Positions 49,760 through 62,000 of a stretch of 64,000 bases of DNA are shown one piece after another. A program made the position numbers and the translations under genes. The DNA comes from Podarcis melisellensis (Eukaryota). The DNA is taken from assembly GCA_964234715.1 (NCBI GenBank), contig OZ174290.1, one strand, 5' to 3'. The notes beneath the pieces were generated by a model. The model was not told the DNA's origin. It did no database searches and was given only the letters and a program-made list of their open reading frames with translations. Position 1 is the stretch's first letter. Every line of letters begins with the position of its first letter.

Positions 49760-51191
49760 TACACAAGGAAGCGGCATGCAAATCACAATGGCGGTAATTA
49801 TGCCATACAAACTAGCGCATGCATGCTATCACCCTGGGGCTCCAGGAGCCTGATGTGCGAGGATCTGAGAGGTAGCTGCATGGTGGTGCGGTCATGCCAC
49901 GCTCTCCCTGCAAGGCGAGCCAAGCAGTGTGAATTTGGCAAGGAGGTAGCAGCAGCAGCAGTGCCCAGCAATGAGACCACGGTGATCTCTGTGCTTGACC
50001 AGCCCAGAGACTGGGTTTAACCTTGCGCTGCTTTTTAAATTGTTCATTTCAGAGAGCTTTGGTTCGGACTTGCGATTCAGAGGCTCAGCTATATGAATCG
50101 GAGAGTTCTCCCTTTGAATCTTGCTTCCGCCACGATCTCACTACGAGGTGGGCTTCAACAAGCCACTCTAGCTCTGCCTCAGTCCTGCCATCTGCATTAT
50201 GGGGCAATAGCTGAAATAAAGTGAGGAGGAAGAGGAGGAACAACAAAGTTTTCCCTTTGCTCTGCTCCTTTTCCAGCGTAAACCCGCTCTTTAGTGATAG
50301 ATCAGAACAAATGGCAATCCGGGGAAGACCCAGATTATCATTTGCTCCAACTGAGCATTAAATAGCAGAGTTCCCAGGTGGGGGTAAGGAAGTGTGGGCA
50401 AACTAAAGGGGTGGTCTGGATCTATCACTGCAAGTGCAATGCAAACAATCCATATATCTGGTTTTTATTATGCTGAAATGCCACACAGCTCGCCAATAGG
50501 AACCAAGGGCAAACGAGTGACCTAACTGGGTATACATAAACTAAGAATTAAGGAACAGGGTGTGCCGCAAAGTGTAGGCTCAGCCCAGGAGTGTGTGATC
50601 GGCGCCACTATCAAAACTCACAAATCCTTTCATGTGAAAACCCACTTCTGGTTCACCCCATCCCAAGAGTCTTCCCCCCCCCCAGCAATTTGTAGTTTAA
50701 GCTTTCAGCATCTTGCTGTTCTTAGACACTAGGTGTCAGAAGCCCCTTTCTGGTCTACTCAAATCACCCAGAGGCCTAGCAGCAGATCTCAGGCTGCAAT
50801 CATACCATACCCTTAGAGCAGAATCATACCACTTTAAACAGGTCCATGGCATTCCCCAAATAATTATTGGGAGCTGCAGTTTGTTACGGGTGTTGTGAAT
50901 TGTTAGGAGACCTCCCTGTCCCACCCCCCACCCCCCGACAGAGCTACAATTACTAGTGTGGTTTAACAATCAGTTCCTGTTCCCAGGGAACTCAGGGAAT
51001 TGTAGCTCTGTGAGGAGAATCTCAGGGCCCTTAACAAACTACAGCTCCCATAATTCTTTGCGGGGAACGCCACGGGACTTTTTGAACTGGTACCATTCAC
51101 AGTGTGAATGTGGGCTCAGTTTTCCCGCCCCAGTGCAGATATACCCAAGTGGAGGGGGGACAGGGATGGAAAGAGAGAGGAGTGGACTCAC

Positions 51192-51242
51192 AGTGTTGCC
51201 GAGGTTCCGGAGGCCGGTCAGGCCCTGCACAGTTTTGGAATT
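51192..51242 (-). CDS. USP2: USP2 common exon, start of Cys box
   Basis: NSKTVQGLTGLRNLGNT; acceptor ttgacag|, donor |gtgagt; 51 nt. Confidence 0.96.
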
Positions 51243-53999
51243 CTGTCAAAAGAGAAGAACATGCATTGGTTGTGAGAATGTGGTAACTCCGGGTCGGGTG
51301 GATATGCAAACACAGCCAAATCCAAGGGTGGGGTGGGGGAACAAACAAAGGCAAAAGAGAAAGGGGGTTCAAACTCCCCAAGATTTGGGATCACGGGCAT
51401 AAAGATTTCAGGCCATTAAACCCACAGCTTGCAGGGAACTTCAAACCCCTGACACATCCCTTGTCAATACTTGCTGAGCAGGAGCAAGGCTTAAGGGGAA
51501 GGTTCCTTACTGGGGGGAAAGTGGTGGTGGTGGTGTGAATCAAGAAACAGCCTACAAAGCAAAGCCAGTGCCCTGCTTTTTCCTACTCTGAGAGCCAGAA
51601 ATGAGTGCCAACTCTAGCAGTAGCTGACAAAGCCTGTGGGAAATTTCTGCTATCACAGAATCAAAGGCTCTGTAGCAGATGTGGGTATTAATATCTTGGG
51701 CTCCGCCAAGAGATTTCAAGCGTTCAGGCTCAGTCCTAGAATATGGAAGTAATGGTGAAAGGAGTGGGGAAGAGGCAGAGAAGGCGCTTCTGTGCATGTG
51801 CAAAGAGCTTTCCCTTTCCAAAAGTAAGTTCAGGCAATCAGACTCTGTCTCATCTAGAACAGAGGGCCCCTGGACTTCCAGCATGGCCCTGAGTTCCCCC
51901 TCACCTATTAAATGAATCCAAAAGGCTGAATGAATGAATGCAAACTTACTGTATTTATTTATTACCAGTGCTTTTTTTTCTAAAAAAAATTGTTTAGGGG
52001 TACTCTCATTTTGACTAGATAAAATCACCATTTTATAGTTCAAATCGGAAAAATAAATATAGTAAATGGACAAAAGTACAAAGATTCACAAAATGTTTAG
52101 GGGTATGTGTACCGCTGTGTACCCCCAGAAAAAAGCATTGCTTATTACTGCATATGTACCCCAACCTTTCTCCAATTATCTTAAAGTGGCATAATATGTT
52201 TCTCTCCCACACCCACATTTTATCCTCACAGCAACCCTGTGAGGTAGGTCAGGCTGAGAGGCAGTGACTGGCCGAAGGTCACCCAGTGAGTTTCATGGCT
52301 GAGTGTGGGATTGGAGCCCTGGTCCCCCAGGTCCTAGTCTGACACTCTAACCATTATACTACACCGGCTCTCCTACTTGGGAGAAAGGTGCGGCAGACAA
52401 ATTAAATATTAAATAAGCAGGCAAACAAACAAATAAATTCAGGACTCTCTGATGGTGCGTATATGATCATAATGTCGTTTGTAAGAAGTACGGATGAGAG
52501 AACCTGTCAATCACAGTTTCTCACTTCTCTCGTCTTAAATTCAGTTCTCCACAGTAGTTTGCAAAAAATCCTCATAAAAATCCATGAGGCATTTTAGTGC
52601 AGATTTGTTAATTACATTTTTTCTGAGCATTTGCATCGCGCTATTCAGCCAAAAAATGGCTCCCAGAATGGCTTATGTACAATCCTAAAAAACAACAACA
52701 GCACACAAGGGGAAAAGCTAAGGAGAGAAGAAGGGAATGAATGAATGAATGAATAAAACTGTGTCACCAATTTACTCAAATACACACACAAACACACACA
52801 CATTTCGGCATGAAACTTTGTCTAATACATGTACTGTATACATATTTTTTCAAAGCAATTTCCCCTAATATAAAGCATTTTTTTATGAATATATGCATCC
52901 TCGTGTGCATTTTACCTTAGCAGGTGGGTTTTTGTACACATTTGTTGGCTGGAGAACCGCTTTGCAAAAACCGCTTTAAGCAAACGGTAAGACAGGGAAG
53001 GCAAAGGGAGGCCTTTGGAAGAAGAAAAACAGGAGAGGAACATACAGCAGAGAGAGCCACCCAAAGTGTTGCATCAACTCCTTTCCCTCCCATGGAGGTG
53101 TCTGCAAAGCACTCAGTTGACCTTGTGTTCAGGAGGGCAAAATCCCGGGAAGCCAAAGTCCCATTTCCTGTACACGTGGTGCCCCACACATGGCAATGTA
53201 GCAGCCAGGGGAGTAACCGAGCTTGGCAAGTCCCCAGCAGAAGCAGCAGCAGCACCTTGGCAGTCTGTTGGGCCTGGAACACAGAATCCTGCCCAGAGGG
53301 CCTGGAATGGATCCAGCTGGCACCCAGCAGAGGGACAGAGGTCATGTGGGCATTGCTCAGGGGGTGGGGAAAGAGAGAATGGAAAAGCAGGGAGGACAAA
53401 CTTCATCCCTGCATTTTGCACCTCTGACATAGGTAATGCAAGGAGTATCTGCTCTTCAATTTCCAGGTGGGCTGGGAATACATTCTAACCCCCAGCTGAA
53501 ACCCTAGGAGAGCCACTGTCCATCAGTGCAGGCAATATTGAGCTAAATAGACCAGTGGTCAGACTCAATATAAGGCAATTTCCCATGCTCCCAACTTGGG
53601 AAAAGCAGAACTTGGTTGTTCTGGATAAAGGCTGCCTGCTGAAACTGCAGACAACCACTAAGAGCTCTCTGCTTGCTGCGTGGCTTCAGAGACCTGCCTG
53701 TAAGGAGGCGAGGCACAGGGAGAAAAGGTGGCTTGGAAGCATTGCGCTTGATGACAGCCTTCATTCCGCGCTCCTGGTAGAGCATGTGCTGTGGGTGCAG
53801 AAGGTCCAGGGTTCAATCTCAAGGATCAGGACATAGCATCTGAAGCATTTATCGCCTGCTCTCCGGCCAAGAAGGCTCTCAGAGTGGGCACAACACATGA
53901 GGAAAGAGGGATGGGGAGGGAGGAGGGGAAGATCAAGGTCGGGCGCCAGTTCTTATAGTTACAGGTTTAATAATGCGGCTATATAGTTCTATCGACGTA

Positions 54000-54253
54000 C
54001 AGTGGAACTTCGAGTTGCGGACATAATCCGTGACGGAGGCACGTCCGCAACCCGCAGCGTTCGCATCCTGAAGCGGCGCGTCTGCGCAGGCACAATTTGG
54101 TTCTTCTGCGCATGTGCAAAGCGCGATTTAGTGCTTCTGCGTATGTGTGAGTGGCAAAACCCGGAAGCAACCTGTTCCGGTACTTCCGGGTTTCCCGCAG
54201 TCCGCAACCTGAAAACACGTAACCTGAAGCGTCCGTAACATGAGGTATGACTG
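54000..54253. mobile_element. Tc1/mariner-type MITE, family B
   Basis: ta|CAGTGGAACTTC...gaggtatgactg|ta; related copies at 54881-55114 and about 55815-56025. Confidence 0.7.
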
Positions 54254-56285
54254 TAGATTATGCCTGTCTTGGAAAGCAACTCTGCTCCAGAAAACTCCCC
54301 TCCCCACACCAGATCAGGCACAGAGGAGAGTGGCGGGAGGCCAGAAGACCCAGAATCGTATATCTAGTTCTATTCTCATATAGCTGACTAGAATCCTCAC
54401 CAGAGGGAGCTTGTTGAAACTGCCCAGCAATGTCTGTGTCAGTTTTGGTTGTCTTGGATTGGACAAAGTCTTGGAGGCTGCCGCCTATTAATGGCTGTTG
54501 ACCGTGATGGCAGAATAGAGGCTGCATGGGCAGAGGCAGCATAGCCCTGCGTAACAGAAATTAAGGCAAAAGAAGCAGGGCGATGAGGCCGTCTTCCTTC
54601 TAGTTCTACTGCAAACCTCTCCGATCGGATCGGTGCCCCTGTGGGGCATCCCTGCTGCAGACAGAGAGCGCTGGACTTGAAAGAACTTAAAGAGCTGGTG
54701 CCTGATCTTGCCTTTTCCCCTCTGCCCTCCGCTTCCTTCTTTCCTTTTGTCCCTTGTCTTTTAGAACATAGGCGTGAGAGGGGGCAGAGACTGCCTTGTT
54801 TCAACTGATTGTATGCAAGCTGTTCTGGGAGCCTTTTTTGGGCGAAGAGTTGGTGTGTGTTTGTGTGTTATAATGCACTACAGTGGTACCTCTGTCTGCA
54901 AACGGGATCCGTTCCGGAGCCCCGTTCACAACCTGATAGGAACGCAACCCACGTCTGCGCATGCGCGGGTTGCGATTCACCGTTCTGCGCATGTGCGTGA
55001 CATCATTTTGCGCATCTGCGCATGCAGCGAAACCCGGAAGTAACCCTTTCCGATACTTCTGGGTTGCCACCTGAAAAGACATAACCTGAACCCAACGTAA
55101 CAAGAGGTATGACTGTATATAAATTCATAAATTGGTTTAGGGCTGCAGGCTGAATGGAGGGATGCCCCTGTTCCCCACCCCACCCCCCAGGCTGGACTGG
55201 GTTTGGGGTTCAGTGGGTTAAAGCGTCAGCCCTTCTTCTTACCTCCTTACATTTCTGGCACCCCAGAAACTGAAGAGGAGGAGGAGGAGGAGGAGGTCCC
55301 TGCTGTTTCGCCAGCTCCAAAATAGCAGCACTTGGCATGTGTTTGTAGGAGGGAAAGCAGCCTCCTCTCCTGTTCCTGACAACAGCCCAAAATAGACCGG
55401 CTCAAACAGCACACGTTTCTGCTCTGGCAACACAGCCTCATGTCACATCGGGGGGGTGGGATGGGGACAAGTGGACCCCTATTCTCCATCTCTGAGGGTA
55501 GACAGAATGGCAGAGGAGGGGAGAGAGAAGGAAGGGGTTTGGGGTTCCTTAATGAAATAACAAGCCCTGATTAAGGATGGTGGGGAAATTCAATTCGGTT
55601 TGCATTGAAAGGCGATTCAGCCCAATTCGTGCATGAGAACCGAAACAAACATCCATCCTTTTGAAATTTGCACTTCTCTGAATTTTGCAGTGCAGTCCTC
55701 CGGTCAAGTAATGTGTACAAAAATGCATGAGCTAAGGTAAATACTGCATTTAAAAATGCATATACTGGTGAAAATAACAGGAAAAAACTCATTATCTCAG
55801 GGAAAATACAAATACAGTGGTATACTGGTTCTCGAACGTAATCCATTCTGGAAGTCCGTTTGAGTTAAACGTTAAAAAACCAAGGTGCAGGCGTCCTGGA
55901 AACAATAGCATTGGATGTTGGGCTTCCGAAAAATGTTCAAAAACTGGAACACTTACTTCCGGGTTTTCGGCGTTTGGAAGCCGAAATGTTCGAGTACTAG
56001 GGCGTTCGAGAACCAAGGTTCCATTATATTAGGAAAAATATACATTGCTAAAATGTGTTATTACACAAAATATATTTACATAGAATGGGAGCTGATGTGT
56101 TGTGGAGCAGTGGTTAAGGTGCTGGGTTCAAATCCCCACTTAGCTGTAAAGCTCATTGGGTGGCCTTGGGCAGTGACAGTCTCTTAGCCTAACCTACCTC
56201 ACAGGGTTGTTGTGAGAACAAAATGGGGAGGGGGAGAATCACGTACACCACCTTGAGCTCCTTGGAGAAAAGGTGGGATATAGAT

Positions 56286-56286
<1 letters not shown>

Positions 56287-56332
<46 letters not shown>
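56287..56332. repeat. (AAT)n microsatellite (SINE tail)
   Basis: About 15 units after an old Squam3/MIR-like SINE at about 56090-56286; another (AAT)n at about 59697-59747. Confidence 0.9.
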
Positions 56333-56334
<2 letters not shown>

Positions 56335-58441
56335 ATAAAATTGTAAAAAAAAATACGTAGGAGTAATGTGCACTATATTGCTGCTGAATTTTCACGAGGA
56401 CTTAAAAAAATCAAAAACTGATGAAAAAGCATGGAAAACTGAGCTTAAAATTGGGATTTTTTTTAAAAAAAGAGAAATTGAAATAGACAGATGCCTACAT
56501 CCCTAGCCCTGATTCCCTAATTTCACAAATATTAGCTGAATCCCACCCACCTAATCTCTTATTATCATTATTATCAACAACATTTTTATTATTAACCATG
56601 CTATTAAAAATCGCTGACACAGCCAGTTTGGGTGCTGTAGTTGGAGCATTTGACTCAGCTGGGAGAAACCTAGGTTCAAACTCCTCCACTTGAAACATTC
56701 TGGGTGATCAAAGGTCAGTATATATTTCTCTTAGTCTAACTCAGCAGTTCTCAACCTGTGGGTCCCCAGATGTTGTTGGATTACAACTGCCATCATTCCT
56801 GAGCTCTGGCCTTGCTAGCTAGGGGTGATGGGAGTTGTAGTTCAACAACATCTGGGGACCCACGGTTGTTGTAAGGACAAAATGTGTGCAGAAAACACAC
56901 ACACTCACACATACCCAATGACCCAGCCCTTCGACTTTGAGGACAAGGTGGAATAAAGAGAAATTAAGATAGTAATTGAAGTCACTACATTTGCTTTGAT
57001 GCAGAGGATTTTGGGTTTCTGTGGTGGAAAAGTAGCCACCTCACTATCCTTCTTCAGCTGTGATGCTTACCTGTGAGACAGGCGAAGAGTAGAAGTGATG
57101 GTAGGAACAGAACAGTCTCAAATTTAACCCCTCCAGCTAGTCTAGCACCCTGGTAGAGGAGAACATCTCCCTCCTCTCTACTTGTCAGATCAATGTGAGA
57201 GCGATGTTGTCCTCCAGAATGTTGCTGGACTCCAGTTCCCATCAGCCACAGGCAGCATGGCCTGTGGTCAGGAATGATGGGATCTGTAGTCCAAAATACC
57301 TATTGAGATAAAACATCTGAAGAACTGAGAGCAGGCAGTAACCCTCTCTCCTGATCTGGTCTGCCTTGATCAGCTATGGTTGTGGTATGTGTTGAACAGC
57401 CACACGCAACAGTGTAGTGTCCCTTCATGATCCAGCCACACCCTTTATAAGATTGTGCAGCTTTCCAAGTTTATACAGTAATCTTATAATTATGCAACAA
57501 TAATAATTAGGGATGCATTGCATCGCTCAGTGCAGATCTCCATGTGTTCCACTTGAGCTAGATCTATTTTCTGTGCACGTACATTGGCAAATAATTTGGA
57601 ATGCTCCAGTATCTTATTCTGGAGTGGCTTAGGCTGCACATTTCATTGTACACAACAGAACTTGTGCACCATTCCCTTGAAGCTGAAGCACCGGGAGTTT
57701 TCAGTGCTCCTAAACGCTTAGCTTTGGAGCAGATAGTGGCTAAAAAACCTTCTCTTTCATGCTGACTGGGTGGTTTTAGGTCGCTGGAGACAGGGACCTT
57801 GCTGCAGAAAGAGTAATGGGTCTTTGACACCGACCCACCCACCCTGCTATCTTGGACCACTAGATCACTGGTGAGATCCACTGCAAGCATGTAGCCAGAG
57901 GGTTGGCGGAAGCTGAATAATGGTTAGCCAACTCTACCCTGGTTGAATAACTAAACCTGAAGGCATATGCTAGCTGACAGGTGGTCAGAGAAAGAATACT
58001 AGCTTTGAGAACTGAGCTGTTCCCCCTTACCCATCCTTGCATCTTTTTTGTGCTGATACAGTGGGATGCATCCTGGCACCATAAACACAGTTTTGCAATG
58101 ACCACATCTAGATCCTGAATGGCAAACAAGCCACTAAGCACCACTCAATTATTACACTGAAAGCAAGCTCTGAGTGAAGGATCCTGATAGCATCACCTTA
58201 GGGTTTGCATCCTAAAGGCATTTCCTTGGAAGTGTGTTTGGTGGCAACCTAAACAAATTTAGCTGGATCTGGCAATCACAGAAGGTCCAGAAGAACCATG
58301 TTCTCTTCTGAGCAGTGACAAGGACACGAGAGGTGCCTACGATGTGTGTCAAAGGGCAAGGAGGTTTGGAGAGGCTGTGACGGAGGTGACCTGATGCTCT
58401 GAGGTCTCTGGGGGTGGCCCAGCCCTGCTTAATCTACGTAC

Positions 58442-58567
58442 ATCCTTCCCGAAACACTTCCCAGCCCAAGGGAGTAGACAGAAAAATATCGGAGGAGAGA
58501 ACAAGGAACCGAGAGTGTGCTGGGGAATGGCGCATCGCCAAAGCATGCGGGACCAGCCAGCCGGCAT
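58442..58567 (-). CDS. Putative additional alternative first coding exon of USP2
   Basis: ggaATG followed by 42 codons (MPAGWSRMLWRCAIPQHTLGSLFSPPIFFCLLPWAGKCFGKD). Phase-0 donor GAT|GTACGT is in frame with the exon at 51242. Locally CpG-rich. Homology not verified. Confidence 0.3.
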
Positions 58568-59186
58568 TCCTCCGCTATGGAGAGGAAGAGGCCGGCCCCA
58601 GATGAACAGCCAGCCCACGCGAATCCAGAGGAAGGAGGAGAGAGAGGGAAAGAGAGAGAGAGAGATGGGGAAAGCCACTGCTTGCCCTTGAGCACCAGAA
58701 CCTTGTTCCAGGAAATTCCTCACAAGCAGCGCTCCCAGTCTGAAACAGGCACAGAAGGAACAGGTGTGCGTTATCTGGGACCTATCCGGATGCCTCCCAT
58801 TCTGACCCAGAAACCCAGGTCTCCATGGGAGCACAGGCAGAATAAGCTTTATACAGAGTTAGGCCACTGGGTCCATCTAGGTCAGTGGTGTCTACACGGC
58901 AGTGCTCCTGGGAAAGGCGCTCTGTACATGTTCATCAAGCGGAACTCTCTTGTTTCAAAGGCCCCAGGATATGCCGGGGCATTGAAAACCGGTTTGGAAG
59001 CGAACAAAGCTTGGACAAATTAAACCCTGCAGCTACCCTTCCTGCAGCGCCACTGGGCTGGGAAAGGACTCATGATGCCCCAACTCCCTGCCCAAGTATG
59101 TAGGCAGTTCCTTGTATTGGGAATGGTTTTGATGCAGACTGCGGACCCCATAATCAAGATTTATAAAACTGTAGGATGCAGGGCAA

Positions 59187-59544
59187 GGGGCGCGGGTGGC
59201 GCTGTGGGTTAAACCACAGAGCCTAGGACTTGCCAATCAGAAGGTTGGCGGTTCGAATCCCTACGACGGGGTGAGCTCCCATTGCTCGGTCCCTGCTCCT
59301 GCCAACCTAGCAGTTCAAAAGCACGTCAAAGTGCAAGTAGATAAATAGGTACCGCTCCGGCGGGAAGGTAAACGGCGTTTCCGTGCGCTGCTCTGGTTCG
59401 CCAGAAGCGGCTTAGTCATGCTGGCCACATGGCCCGGAAGCTGTACGCCGGCTCCCTTGGCCTATAAAGGGAGATGAGCGCCGCAAACCCAGAGTCGGCC
59501 ATGACTGGACCTAATGGTCAGGGATCCCTTTACCCCTTTACCTT
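59187..59544 (+). mobile_element. Sauria SINE
   Basis: Full length; TSD taggatgcagggca. Confidence 0.9.
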
Positions 59545-59705
59545 TAGGATGCAGGGCATAATGTAAAACCAGCTTGAGTTACACTGTTAGGGGCTGGACA
59601 AGATGACCGCTTGTGTCCTCCTTCTGATTCCACTGTTCTATGATTCTATGACTATGGGGTAGCTCTGCAACTCGTGTTTTAAAAACCAAACACTGATTAA
59701 TAATA

Positions 59706-59736
<31 letters not shown>

Positions 59737-60013
59737 TAGTAGTAGTAGACATTCCCTAGCAAAACGAAACCCACTATGGCATCATCGAGGAGAGAAAAAC
59801 TCTCTCTCCACACATGCCGCCAGCAGCAGCCACCTGGTTAGAAATGGCTCAGCCTCCGTCTCCCTCCCCTCCCCTGTCCTGACAACTGAACTCTCCTTTC
59901 CCTTCCCCGGCCAGCTTGGATCACAGCTCTCTAGCTGGCCTCAGCTGCTGGAGCTCAGCAAGCGGCGCCAAGGAGGTTTCAAGCTGCCTGTGGGGAGAGA
60001 GGCATGGACAACT

Positions 60014-60436
60014 CTTACATAACATGCCCAGCTCCATTCATTGACCGAACAAAGGGGCTGACCTGCCCTGAGCCACAGGTGCCACGGCGGAAGGGAGTCT
60101 GTTACGTAACGGCATGGAACAAAGGCGCTCCCCGAAGGGCACTGGCCCAACGAGGTCAAAACGGTCCAGGCTTTGCGGAGGGAGGAAAGGACACCCCAAA
60201 CAGCCACGTGGAGAGGGAGAAAGACCCAGATGTCCTGGCGCCTGTCCGTCCCTCCCCCCAAACATCCCCTGAGATCCTTCCTGCATGCTCTGCTTTTATT
60301 CACTCTGAATAACTACCAACACTCTCCCAGCATTCGGAATGCACATTCTCTCTTTCTCGCTCACACACACTTTCACCCATAAATAAGCACTGAAAGGGTT
60401 TGAGCTTGGGAGGAAAGGTCAAAAGGTGAAAGGTTA
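60014..60436. promoter_or_regulatory. Candidate circadian/metabolic enhancer in USP2b intron 1
   Basis: D-box TTACATAA (60015-60022); palindromic PAR-bZIP site GTTACGTAAC (60101-60110); E-box CACGTG (60205-60210); AGGTCA-aa-AGGTGA-a-AGGTTA (60416-60436). Confidence 0.6.
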
Positions 60437-61185
60437 ACTGCTCAGTTATCTTGAGAGCATGCCCTTTAATTTACTGGGGCTTTCTGCCCGGGGGTGGGGG
60501 TGAGATGGGGGGCAAAAAAAAGAACGCTGTGATTTCCAGTCTCCTCTCTAACTGTGCCCCTCCTTAGAAATGAGCAACACCCAAAAGGTTGGTCTCGCAG
60601 TAGAAACTCTGGGGACCTAAGTACCAGGAGTTAACAGCTTATTGCTTCATATTGCAGGCTGCTCTTGCAAACTCCATCTTCTGTAGGAAAGCGGGGAGGG
60701 TCTCCTTGTCGCCTCTAGTTCTTGCAGACCTCCTGCTTTTTGACAGCGAGCGTCTGCACCCACACAACCGTCCTCTGCTCTAGCAGATAGTTAACTACCT
60801 CCCTACTTTTAGCTTCTCCCACCCACCCATCTTTAGAGGTGTGATAAGAACAGGAATGAGGCGATTTCTGGCTTTGCTATGGCAGCACCCACACTTTAAC
60901 CCCCTCCCAGGCTGAAAGCAGGGTTCAGCCTCCACCCTGAGTCCACACAGTGAAGTCAGGAGCAGAGCAGAGACAAGGACCCAGGGCTCCTGCCAGGCAG
61001 CAACAGAGCAGACTGTTAAGATTGCTAAACTCATGCCCACCTAACACATACGGTGCAAGACCCACCTACCCACCCCGCAATTTGTGGCCGACCCACCTGG
61101 CAAGGCAGGGGAAACCCCTAGCCAAACCCAGCTTAGAAAATGCCATGAGGATGGTGTGTGTGTGTGTGGTGAAGCCGAGCTGTAC

Positions 61186-61332
61186 CTTAGTTTTATTGAG
61201 CACCAGACCCACAAAGGCAGAGACCAGCAGCGATCCTGGCATGGGCGTCTTGGTCCGCAGCTCCTTTGGCATGCCAGAGAAAGGCGAGACGGGGGGCTCT
61301 TCGGGGAGGGTGACCGTGTAGGAATTCCGCAT
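61186..61332 (-). CDS. USP2: USP2b (USP2-45) isoform-specific first coding exon
   Basis: Translates MRNSYTVTLPEEPPVSPFSGMPKELRTKTPMPGSLLVSAFVGLVLNKTK, matching the known USP2b N-terminus (MRTSYTVTLPEDPP...LLNKAK). 147 nt, phase-0 donor AAG|GTACAG. Confidence 0.95.
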
Positions 61333-62000
61333 GCTGCGAGGAGGCACCCCTCGCCTCTCTCCCCCCACAGGCTTCCTTCAGTAGGAGATCCAGGTGTGGA
61401 GAAAGGTGAGACTCAGACAGGTCTGCTCCTCTCAACCCCTTGCTCCTCCTGCTCAGACAGCAAGGCAGCGTTCCTCTAAAGCAGAGATGGACCCAGTGGA
61501 ATAAAAGAGGGAGAGGAGCTGCTGAGTTTGGCGTGCCTTCTGCCCCAAGCGGAACCACAAGTGCTTCTTCTCCAGCAGGGAGGAAAAGTTTGGCAGCTTC
61601 TTCTGGCTGGACGTGGAAGTGTGGCAGAGCGCGGGCGACCCTCCACACTGCGGCTCCGGCTCGCGTCTTTAAAATCCAGGGTCCGCCTCAAAGCTGTCAC
61701 TCCAGGCAAAGCCGCTGCCGCTGCTGCTTTCGCCTTCCCCGCTGCTGACGGCACCTGAATCACTCTGACATCAAGCAGGGGAGGTGGAACAGACGCCCAG
61801 GCAAGGCTGCACAGAAGAGGGCTCCCTCCAGGGAGGTACCGACGGCCAAGGCTGTAGGCAACTTTCTGCGCCGGGTGGGGAAGCCAAGGGGAAGTGTGAC
61901 GGGTGGCTCTGCCTGGTCCTGCTGGGCGCTCGAGCGTCGTAGCAACCTGGCTATGCAGGCCCAGCGATTTAAGGCACACACATACTCAGAGCAGGCACTG
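61333..62000 (-). promoter_or_regulatory. USP2: USP2b promoter / 5' leader (CpG-enriched)
   Basis: GC/CpG-rich segment directly upstream of the USP2b ATG, with a TATA-like TTTTAAA near 61668-61674. About 430 nt before the start codon contain no ATG on the minus strand. Confidence 0.55.

Noticed and set aside
52917-53488. Cluster of 105-167 aa ORFs in a USP2 intron
   Set aside because: No recognisable homology or convincing splice signals; consistent with chance ORFs.
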